A stretch of 64,000 nt of DNA from an uncultured virus (IMG/VR IMGVR_UViG_3300025122_005875). Taxonomy: Duplodnaviria > Heunggongvirae > Uroviricota > Caudoviricetes. Under the pieces are notes generated by a model that ran no database searches, was not told the origin of the DNA, and worked only from the letters and a program-made list of their open reading frames with translations. Each line of letters begins with the position of its first letter. Position 1 is the stretch's first letter. The stretch lies in IMG/VR virus record IMGVR_UViG_3300025122_005875. One strand, given 5' to 3'. Made by a program: the position numbers and the translations under genes. Shown in pieces: positions 8,203 through 16,900 of the stretch.

Positions 8203-8925
8203 CTAAGTTAGTGCGGGCGCCCCTCCGATACCAATACCAGGGCCCCTGCTCTCTTCAGGAACCCAAAGCGTCATCAAAACTTGCATTGCATCCGGATTTT
8301 TTAACTGTTCTTCTACCGCGCGCGCAATAAATTTGGTGCCCGTTGCGGGATCAACCGATCCAGGGAGCCCTGAGCCCAAGGCTGGGCCCTTAATTACGAT
8401 GCTAGTCTTCTGCTCGCGTTTCCCGCTGAGTGATTTGGCAGACCAGTTCTCATCTGTGAACGAAACTATAAGTGGTCTAATAAATTTATTATTTAAGTTA
8501 GTTAAATTAATTTTTTGTACGCGGGGTGCGCCGCCTCGAGATTTACCGCCTGCAACTGCAGAACGCTCGGACGCTCCGGCCGGTAAATAAAAATCTAAAA
8601 ACCATGTTCCAGGCTCTCCGCCGGCGCCCAACTGAAGCATGGGCGCTGCCTGCTGATGCCCAGACGATACAGTAATCATGATCCAATTTTCATCTCCCTC
8701 TGAAGCCTCGGACTCAACCTTAAATTGTTTTTGGTCGTGAAATCTCTTGGCGTTAAAAGCCGTCTGGATATTGCGTGCTAATTCATCACCGCGAGTTGCT
8801 AGCGAGCCCGGTTTAAAAATGCGACGAAGCAGTTGGGCGACTTTACCTTCATTAAGCTCTTCATTCAAAACTATTGAGAGTTCGTCTTTAATGATGTACT
8901 CTAACCTTTGTTTTGTGATTTTCAC
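8203..8925 (-). CDS. Leader family protein 1 (MKITKQRLEYIIKDE)
   Basis: 240 aa, GTG start with a GGAG SD, diverged leader. Confidence 0.8.
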   Translation of the reverse strand: MKITKQRLEYIIKDELSIVLNEELNEGKVAQLLRRIFKPGSLATRGDELARNIQTAFNAKRFHDQKQFKVESEASEGDENWIMITVSSGHQQAAPMLQLGAGGEPGTWFLDFYLPAGASERSAVAGGKSRGGAPRVQKINLTNLNNKFIRPLIVSFTDENWSAKSLSGKREQKTSIVIKGPALGSGLPGSVDPATGTKFIARAVEEQLKNPDAMQVLMTLWVPEESRGPGIGIGGAPALT

Positions 8926-8935
8926 TTAGATACTC

Positions 8936-9871
8936 CTAAACAGACATGGCAAGCGTCAACAATAAATAGTTGTCCGGAGTGATAAGGGTCGCATTTTCAA
9001 GGCATTTCTGAAATTGTTTTTTGCTCATCGTCCCCACATCATCATTATCGCCAATGTCAACCTTCCAAACTTCGATGTCAAAATCAAGCAACGTCTTAAT
9101 AATCTCCAACTCTTTTTTCTTTGCGTCTGGGTCCAAAGCAACATAAACTCCTGCATCTTCTTTAACAATCTTGCGAAGCAAAACTGAGTTCTGATTTAGC
9201 GTAGAACCGAGAATAGGAACCGAATTACGGCCCGCGATTATTGCGTCAAAGACGCCCTCAACTAATACAATGTTCGAACTCCAATCCACGAACAAATCAT
9301 TAAATATAATATTTTTGCTGGCTGCGGGATTCTTATATTTTGGGTAGAAGGCTCTATCATAGGAACGGGAAACAAAATAATTTAAATCTCCCTCTTCATC
9401 AAAGGAGGGAATAATAATCCTCCCCTCATACTCTCCATGGCTGCAGTAGCCCATCTTCCACCAAACAATATCTTGTTTGCTGATTCCTCTCTTTCGCAAA
9501 TAGTTTCTTGCGGCAAAGCCAGTAGGGGGCACATCCTTATTTGCCAAGGAGACAAAGCCGCCGGGCATCTCAAGTATTTGTTTCTCTTCTACTTTTTCAG
9601 CAAAGAGGTCTTCAAGTTTATTATAATCAATCTCGGATGTTAAATGGCGCCACTGTGCCTTGTCGTGGTTTGTTCCAAAGCGTCTGACAACGCGATACAA
9701 ATTCTTGCCGCGAGTGTCACACACCCAACATTTATAATAGCCTTTATCTAAGTTTACCGAGAATTTTCGCTTGTGGTGGTCGCAATAGGGGCACTTGAAA
9801 AGAAACTCGTTGTTGGTCCGATAATGAGACCCCAGCACATTAACCAGTATTTTGAGTTTCTTGTCTTTCAT
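8936..9871 (-). CDS. DNA primase (DnaG/T4 gp61-like)
   Basis: Zn finger CPYC...CWVC, YLRKRGI, GRIIIP, KYKNP, and TOPRIM motifs VEGVFD and LDPD. Confidence 0.92.
   Translation of the reverse strand: MKDKKLKILVNVLGSHYRTNNEFLFKCPYCDHHKRKFSVNLDKGYYKCWVCDTRGKNLYRVVRRFGTNHDKAQWRHLTSEIDYNKLEDLFAEKVEEKQILEMPGGFVSLANKDVPPTGFAARNYLRKRGISKQDIVWWKMGYCSHGEYEGRIIIPSFDEEGDLNYFVSRSYDRAFYPKYKNPAASKNIIFNDLFVDWSSNIVLVEGVFDAIIAGRNSVPILGSTLNQNSVLLRKIVKEDAGVYVALDPDAKKKELEIIKTLLDFDIEVWKVDIGDNDDVGTMSKKQFQKCLENATLITPDNYLLLTLAMSV
8963..8971 (-). promoter_or_regulatory. Candidate late promoter motif AACTATTTA upstream of the leader array
   Basis: Same 9-mer as at 13956-13964. It lies in the 3' end of the primase gene, about 38 nt before the array's first start codon. 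Confidence 0.4.
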
Positions 9872-10373
9872 TCAGCCAGCCTGCTCTTGCTATAATATAA
9901 CTATCCGACCGATCAGCATAACCAGCCTTTGGATTTCCGTGTTTTGTATATTGTACCTCAAAGGCAGACACATTGTCAACCACAAACTGCAGTGCAACAA
10001 TTTTTGCTTTTTGTCCCCGGGGTACCTTTATCCCACAAAGCTTGCGAGCAGATGTGGCGGCCAAGTACTTGGGCTCCCCATAAAATAGATTATAACACAA
10101 CCACGAAACAATACCATTAATTTTTGATAGAAGGGATAGCGTTTGTGCAGATGAAAAACCAGATCGAAAAGATTGGAGCGATTGTTCAATATACACGTGT
10201 TCTACCGGATGCTCCTCCCTTATCTCTTCCAGGCGAGTATTTACGATTTGTATTTTATTGAAAAAGTTTTTTTCTTTCCGGAGATCAATGTGATCACAGG
10301 TCACAATATTGCCTTCATTATCTAATATTGTATACCCAGTTATGCTGGTTGAAATGTCTAGGCCTAAAATCAT
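9840..10373 (-). CDS. ruvC: RuvC-like Holliday junction resolvase
   Basis: ILGLDISTSITG, VYIEQ and DRSDSY give the RNase H-fold catalytic pattern. Confidence 0.85.
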   Translation of the reverse strand: MILGLDISTSITGYTILDNEGNIVTCDHIDLRKEKNFFNKIQIVNTRLEEIREEHPVEHVYIEQSLQSFRSGFSSAQTLSLLSKINGIVSWLCYNLFYGEPKYLAATSARKLCGIKVPRGQKAKIVALQFVVDNVSAFEVQYTKHGNPKAGYADRSDSYIIARAGWLNERQETQNTG

Positions 10374-10555
10374 GGGGTCTCGATCTTTTCTGGCTGCACT
10401 TGGTCCTCAATTTTGATACGAAAAGAAATTTTAGCTTTTTTGGTGCCCTTTTCTATAATAACTGAGTTTCCTGCGCGAACTACATTATCTAGAGAATTGA
10501 ACGCGTCTCGTAAAGAACGATAAATTTCGGTTATCACGCCGGCGCGAGTCATCAA
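10370..10555 (-). CDS. Hypothetical protein
   Basis: 61 aa, coupled by ATGA overlaps on both sides. Confidence 0.55.
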   Translation of the reverse strand: MMTRAGVITEIYRSLRDAFNSLDNVVRAGNSVIIEKGTKKAKISFRIKIEDQVQPEKIETP

Positions 10556-11874
10556 ATGTCTAGTTTCAATTTAAAAACGAGGTCGCGTTCTTCTGTCTTT
10601 TTAACAGGCTTCGAAACTTTTGCAATCCCTATCAAGTTTTTAGACCCATCATATATTCCAATCGTGGTGATATAGGTAGTTTTCTTAAACGAACCAGTAG
10701 GATCATTATACGACGAACTAACAGTATTTTTAATTAAAGCTTGACTATTTTGAACATATCCTGTAGAACCCGAAGAATAATAGAGCTCCGAATTGTAATC
10801 GCGATACGTCGTATTGTTAGAGTGGTTTAAATAGTTTTTGGGAGCCGAAGCAAACAAAGTAAGCACTGGAATAGTATGCTCTCCTTTGAAATCTAGCGCA
10901 AAAGAAGATTGAGGAGATGTCGGTGCCGACTCCGAGAGAGGCTGAGCGAAATTTACCCACGCCGGATAATCAAAATCAGTGCCGTAATCTTGCGTGTTTG
11001 TGGGACTTGAAAGATCCCAGGATCCCGTTAAAACCAAAAAGCCCTCATTGTATAAGGCAACACCCGCGACAGATCCAGAATATGCCGAGCCGGGTGGGCC
11101 TACTTGAATCAGGTCGCCGTTGCGCCTCTCGTCCTTAAGCTGTCCCACCAGAGTACCAGTAACAAAAAACTTTAAATCAATAGATCCCTTTTTGATAGTA
11201 TCTCCATATGTTACGGAGGGGATTGTCACCAAGCCGGCAGCCGTGGCGCCGGCATCGACAACGGACGAAGTTATATCTCTTTGAAGGAGCGACGAGGATA
11301 CTGCATAATGAGGACTGAGATACTGATAATGATCCATCGTATTGGTGAGGGCATATAAATAACTAACTGTTCCAGTGATTGATGTAAGTCCTAACGCATA
11401 GGAGTCACTATACTTGGGATCGGTGGCGCTATAATAAAATTTATGAATCGAGGCCGAATAGTGCGATGAGCCTGTAAATACTTGTCCGAGGGGGGTGCTA
11501 TCGTATTCGGCCGTGGAAACCGTCCTAAAATTAAGACGTGTTCCGTTTTTAACCATAAAGCTTTTTATGGTAGGGTTAGACCCATCATAATAATTTGTAG
11601 GAGGCACATTGTTATCAACAGCCTCTTTGAATAAGTCTGGCTGCCCAACCGATAGGCTAGAATCCTTGATGGACCCCTCGCGGTCGATGTTTTTTTCGTG
11701 GAGAGATATGTACCCGTTGGGAACACCCCGCGTTGAAGCGGTGAAATTCCCTACTAAATTATAATTATTATTTAACCAAGCCGACCCACTGTAGATAGAA
11801 AAAGATACTTTAGGGTAGGTCTTTACATAGTTGGTAACCTTATCGGAATTTTTGAACTTAAAAATATAAGACAT
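10552..11874 (-). CDS. Virion structural protein (baseplate/fibre-attachment type), paralog of 11884-12990
   Basis: Ser/Thr/Gly-rich. Shares IKKGS, G.alY.eG, N.S.N.TY and the C-terminal TYITTIGIYD..NLIGIAKVSKPVKK motif with its neighbour. Confidence 0.7.
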   Translation of the reverse strand: MSYIFKFKNSDKVTNYVKTYPKVSFSIYSGSAWLNNNYNLVGNFTASTRGVPNGYISLHEKNIDREGSIKDSSLSVGQPDLFKEAVDNNVPPTNYYDGSNPTIKSFMVKNGTRLNFRTVSTAEYDSTPLGQVFTGSSHYSASIHKFYYSATDPKYSDSYALGLTSITGTVSYLYALTNTMDHYQYLSPHYAVSSSLLQRDITSSVVDAGATAAGLVTIPSVTYGDTIKKGSIDLKFFVTGTLVGQLKDERRNGDLIQVGPPGSAYSGSVAGVALYNEGFLVLTGSWDLSSPTNTQDYGTDFDYPAWVNFAQPLSESAPTSPQSSFALDFKGEHTIPVLTLFASAPKNYLNHSNNTTYRDYNSELYYSSGSTGYVQNSQALIKNTVSSSYNDPTGSFKKTTYITTIGIYDGSKNLIGIAKVSKPVKKTEERDLVFKLKLDI

Positions 11875-11883
11875 TTCATTGGT

Positions 11884-12990
11884 CTAATAATTTATCATTA
11901 CCTTTATTATGGCGACACTACTGTTGGTTTTCTTTATAGGTACGGACGTCTTTGCGGTCCAACAGAGCTCATTATTAGAATCATATCCGCCAACCGCTGT
12001 AATATAAGTTTTAGGCTGATCAGACGGGCTAGACTTTACCCTTATCTGGCTCATGCCATTTGCGCCACTTAAATAAGTGGGGTTAGATGAATAGTTAAAT
12101 TCACTATGATTGGCTCGACACCAATAAATGGTGGACTGAACTGCAGTTGTGTTGTTAAATGATACATTATAAAAACGATTTCTAATCGCATCGCATGCGC
12201 CAGAAATACTGCTGCCCGTTAACATTTCATGAATATTATCAAAGTTAGGTCTACCGGTGGCGCCGGCGCCCAAATAGTTAGCAGTATCATGGGTACCACG
12301 TGGAGTATCAAAAATACTAGCGCTAATGGCCGCGATGCCGGCCTGGTAATAAATGTGACCCACATAATCTCCTGCGGCGGCGGCGGCCGATGATGTGGCC
12401 AAAAGGCCATACTCCCCAGCTACCGAATTTGTTTTATAGTCCGTAACCATATTTAAATCTTGTATCAGAAGAACGTCTTTGGGAGAGGTTGTAGTGCAAA
12501 CGCCCCCCGTCATCATTTGGAGAGAGAAGGTGCCTTTCTGTATCTCATCCTTGGTGAGCAAGCGCGCGAAATTTATAAAGAAACACTCTCTCATTCTCCG
12601 ATCGCTATTACTTCCATCTTCGGTGAAATCTAAAATCGACCCAGTAATATCGGTGCCCACAAGAATCTTAGCCTGGGTGTTATAGATATTAATTTTCGAT
12701 TCCTGTTGTGGCTCATCGTCATCTGTCGGACTTGAGGCCGACAGGACCGAATCCGGCGCAAATCCAATCGTCAAATCAAAAATGTGATTGGCTGAGGAAC
12801 TCAAATAAGGATAGTCAAATACTTGTTGAAACATATCGTGGGTAAAGTTTTTAATATTACTATCAATCTGGGTGTAAGCTCTACTATACGTTCCGGAAAC
12901 GATGGAACCAGTAAGAGGTATCTGCTCGTGAACATTGTGCACGTTGGTCTGTATGTCGCTAGCGTCAAAAGGTTTAAAAAATGAAGTCAT
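11884..12990 (-). CDS. Virion structural protein, paralog of 10552-11874
   Basis: IQKGTF, GHIYYQAG, EFNYSSNPTY and TYITAVGGYDSNNELCWTAKTSVPIKK. Confidence 0.7.
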   Translation of the reverse strand: MTSFFKPFDASDIQTNVHNVHEQIPLTGSIVSGTYSRAYTQIDSNIKNFTHDMFQQVFDYPYLSSSANHIFDLTIGFAPDSVLSASSPTDDDEPQQESKINIYNTQAKILVGTDITGSILDFTEDGSNSDRRMRECFFINFARLLTKDEIQKGTFSLQMMTGGVCTTTSPKDVLLIQDLNMVTDYKTNSVAGEYGLLATSSAAAAAGDYVGHIYYQAGIAAISASIFDTPRGTHDTANYLGAGATGRPNFDNIHEMLTGSSISGACDAIRNRFYNVSFNNTTAVQSTIYWCRANHSEFNYSSNPTYLSGANGMSQIRVKSSPSDQPKTYITAVGGYDSNNELCWTAKTSVPIKKTNSSVAIIKVMINY

Positions 12991-13001
12991 TATATTGGGT
13001 C

Positions 13002-13937
13002 CTAAACTTTCTTAACAAAATCTACTGGCACCGAGACTCTATATCCGGTTTGAAAGCCGCGAATCTGGAGGGTGGTGCTGATTTGTTGGAGGGATCCGAT
13101 TGCTGCTCCCCCGATCGCATCCAAGGTAGAGCTTCCGAGCCTATTAAATAACGAGTTACTGGTACGAAGAGCGTCCGTGGCCTTAAGTCGGAATCGAAGA
13201 GAGGTTCCCAAAGGCCCGTCAATAGAAGTGCCACTAGTAACGCTGGTAGAGGGGGGTTCCAGCTTTATGACATAAGTATTAGTGCCTACGCCGAGAGTAG
13301 CTGTATAAGTGGCGATATTATCATTATCAATAAAGTTTTTAGGAAGGTTGCCGGGGTTCTGTCCCGCTGGTGTGATGATCGAGCCGAGTCGATTATCCAA
13401 TTGAAGGATATACTGCGTTTCAATCTGATCAGCCACGGGTGGGGTGGACTGTGGGATAAAGGGAGTGTCAATGCCTTGGTCCGTTCGTATAGCGTGATCG
13501 GTAGTAAACGATACACCGTCTTGGACTCCAGCTGGGAGCGCGGACTGACCACTTAAAATAGCATCAAGAGTTTCTTTATCTACGGCGACTACATACCGAG
13601 CAACACCCGTAGTGCCCCCCACAAACTGGGCCCAATTAGTGTTGGGGGAAGTATATGCTTTAATGACACTTAAATAGAATACATCATCCCGGTCCAAACT
13701 ATAAAGCAAATTTTTCATGGATCCTTCGCCAGAAGCGAATGCTTCCAGAATGGGCGTTTCTAAAAGTGTGGCATCTTCGTATCCTAGAGCTGCTGCGGTA
13801 TTATATAACGCATAATTTATTTCGTCATCAGCAAATGCAAACTGTACAACTCTAAGACGTCCTTGCGCAAGCAGTCGTCGGCCGTGCTGTGTTAATGTTG
13901 CATCAATTAAGATGCTATTGTTATCTAAATATCCCAT
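13002..13937 (-). CDS. Virion structural protein
   Basis: The N-terminal motif IDATLTQHGRRLLAQG...FAFADDEINY is shared with 22234-23352; it lies in the structural block. Confidence 0.7.
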   Translation of the reverse strand: MGYLDNNSILIDATLTQHGRRLLAQGRLRVVQFAFADDEINYALYNTAAALGYEDATLLETPILEAFASGEGSMKNLLYSLDRDDVFYLSVIKAYTSPNTNWAQFVGGTTGVARYVVAVDKETLDAILSGQSALPAGVQDGVSFTTDHAIRTDQGIDTPFIPQSTPPVADQIETQYILQLDNRLGSIITPAGQNPGNLPKNFIDNDNIATYTATLGVGTNTYVIKLEPPSTSVTSGTSIDGPLGTSLRFRLKATDALRTSNSLFNRLGSSTLDAIGGAAIGSLQQISTTLQIRGFQTGYRVSVPVDFVKKV

Positions 13938-13955
13938 TTTGGTGTTCCTTACAAG

Positions 13956-13964
13956 TAAATAGTT
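13956..13964 (-). promoter_or_regulatory. Candidate late promoter motif AACTATTTA
   Basis: Sits in a 36-nt AT-rich intergenic gap, about 19 nt upstream of the ATG and followed by SD AAGGA. Confidence 0.5.
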
Positions 13965-13973
13965 TTATTATAA

Positions 13974-16900
13974 TTAAATATCCTCAATTTTAGGATTTGG
14001 AATACTTTCCATCTTAAAATTTAAATTTAAATCAATCTTTTTGGCGGTGTCTTTACTCGTGATTCGTATCTTGACTTTATTCTCCACAGGGGCCCCGGGG
14101 GGCGTAAAGAGATTTTCTCCAACCGAGATCCCCACGGGTGCCGTCAGCGGGTCGCCAGCAGATGTGAGACCAGTAGTATCTATATCGGCTTCCTGGAAAG
14201 AGGTGTCTATTTCCAAATATCTCCTAAAAGGTATTTTCATCGAGCGCGAGACAAGACTCTTCATCTGATAATTTTCAATAACAGGAAAAATTCTTCCATT
14301 ATCGTTTACCATCATCACTTTCGTAACGGGGGTAGGAACAGACAAATATCCATTTTTGTCTTCGGTACGGAAACAATAATAATATTCTTTATTTGGTTCA
14401 ATAGAATCTAGAAAAGTTGCTGACTCAATATCATATCCGCCCTCAGTCACCGTGTCTAGAGATTCTATCATATGGCCCGCAAAATCATTATATGAAGTAG
14501 GAACCTGATCCACCCTGAAGACTTGGAATTTGATGTGAGTATCATCGGATCCAAATAAAATAGGGCCGTCGGCGGGGCGCCCCTGGGCGGCACGAATAGC
14601 ATCAAAAGCGGCCATATCGCCGTCATTAATTCCTATAGGCATTAAAGTTTTTTGGTAATGAGGCTGAGCAAAAAGGATTTTCATCTTTGTGGCATTGCCA
14701 ACAAGCGGGAAGAATTCAGTATTAGGATAAACAGGGGGCAAATCAGTTACCAAAACCGGGCCGATAGTTGTATAAGGCATTTCTATAATTTTAAGACATG
14801 AAAAATTATCCACTGTCACGGATCCTAGCGCTTCCGCTACGATACTTTCATCCCAATTTAAGTGCGGTGCGGGGGAATAACCATGCATCCCGTCATAAGA
14901 CATAAACCTCACATCGCACATATTGATTTCATCAAGTGGATTCGTACTGAGTTGGCCGCCTATATCAAAAAAAGTTTTAAAGTTCTCTCTCAGCGTTGCG
15001 GCGTAGGAACTATATCCAGGAGCGCTGGTGTCGGTGAAAGTGCCACCATAATTGGCTTGGAGGTTATAATAAGTCGGCCATTGCTTTGATGCCGAAGAAC
15101 AGTCGCAACCTACGGAGCTCTGACCAAACGCAGCTAGCATGTTCATAAATGGCATGCCGCCGTCGGTACCGGCGTTATTACCGAAGCCATTCTGCCACCA
15201 CCAGTGGAGTGCTTGATTCCGTACAATAACAAAGCGGCATTTATCGTTGGGCGTAGAGGCCGTCGGGTCCATCGCGAGTGGATCCGGGGGGGATCCCCCA
15301 TAAGGAAGAACCCTAACTGTGAAGTAGTTCGCTCTTCGTTCGAGGGTTGTCAGACCGACGCCAGGAGGATCACCAGGGAAGAGTACGTCGTCGAAAGGTT
15401 CAGCATAATACAAATCAATGGCATCATTGAGTTGTCGTTCCAGTTCTTCAGCAAATTTATCTGCATCCATCATATTCTCGCCATAAGTCGCCACAGGTAG
15501 ATAACCTATATCCATTGTAATAGGAACAGTAATCTCATACGCATGCCCGGGCAGCGGCGGCGATCCCACTGCTCCGGCAGGGGGCCCAGTAACTTTAAGA
15601 TCAAACATTAAAGGATAACTCTTATCTAGTATGTCGTTAGGCGGAATATAGAAAGCATTAGTAACACAAGGAGGTTCTTTCTTCTTGACCACGAAGTCGG
15701 GGCCCTTGTCGGGGTCTGCATAAGTAGACTCAAAAGGCTCAGCCGTCGTAGCTGGGAATTGTTGTGTTGATCCGGCATCGTCAGTCCCAGTTGCGTGGTG
15801 GCCATAAGTACCCTCATCGGTATCATAGTAGCTTGCCATTGAAGTTTGGTTACGTTTTTCTGTTTGAGCCGCGCCGTACACAGTATACTGGGTTGACATG
15901 CCGCTGCCCCCGCCGGCATGGGTACCCCCGCCGGAATAGGCGTTGGCCTGCTGGGCCTGGACATTCATGTCCCCGTAGTCATCATGATACTGGGGGTATG
16001 GATCAGACACCTCATCCACGTCGGGAATTCCATCGCCGTCGGAATCAAGATAAATACCTGTTCCCAAAAAAGGATTGTTTTTATTAATACACGGATAATA
16101 AGTCCTCTCCGACGACAGCAAATATTGATTGGAAACCCCCCATTCATCGGCGGGGTCGGGGGGCGAGACGACATGCGGATTATGCAATCCCGGAGTATAG
16201 TCACCCTCGACCCCGGCGAGGAAGTTGAGGCCAAGTTGTCCGGGCGCGTTCTGGCCGAATACGGGAGTAGGGAGACCGGCGAGCGTCGTGTGCCGGTCCA
16301 TCCGATCTCCGAACAAGATGGGCCAGAGTCGATGGGGCCACGGATTGGGTTGAGGGGGGTTCACCACAGCCGGGTCTCGGTATGAATATTGGTTTCCAAT
16401 CCCTATAGAATAACAAGAAACTTTGTAGTAATACGCCTTATTAAAGAAGACTTGAGTATCAATGTATTTAAAAATAGGATCGATGCCGCCGCCGGATGCT
16501 GGGGTGCCCGGGCCCACGTGCGGAACATAAATACTCTGCACATAGTCTCCCAATGTTTCAGTTGACATATCGTACTCATATTTGTCTATTTTGTAACAAA
16601 GGGGATCGGTGATTCCCATCTTGCCGCCTATAATCTCTTCATATGTACGAATATGACGAAGGCTCCAGGTGGCGATGGTGGCGATGACATAATTGACTAT
16701 CGCCTCGCTATCCATTCCTGCCAGGGGGCCGGTGGGGATATTCTCGAGCCATTCAGGATAAAAATTAACGAAATCCGCGGACGACATCGCCCCCGCGGCA
16801 AACAGTGAGTGTGAATTTATATCACGACCAGGCATATGACCTATAGGTGGAGTCTGTTTCCATTTCCCAATCAGTCCTATATCGGTTTGACCCAGGAAAC

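Larger units (their letters stand above)
6426..8925 (-). repeat. Six dispersed 45-bp direct repeats encoding the shared leader
   Basis: Copies at 6426-6470, 6762-6806, 7007-7051, 7318-7362, 8133-8177 and 8881-8925. The core ctcttccttgataatctcttt is identical in the first five. Confidence 0.95.

Noticed and set aside
6426..8925. CRISPR array or DGR explanation for the 45-bp repeats
   Set aside because: Spacing is irregular (about 250-800 bp), each repeat is an in-frame gene start, there is no cas or reverse transcriptase gene, and variation is not adenine-specific.
6033..8925. RiPP precursor array (shared leader plus variable core)
   Set aside because: Cargoes are protein-sized, not Cys/Ser-rich cores, and no maturase, peptidase or transporter is adjacent.
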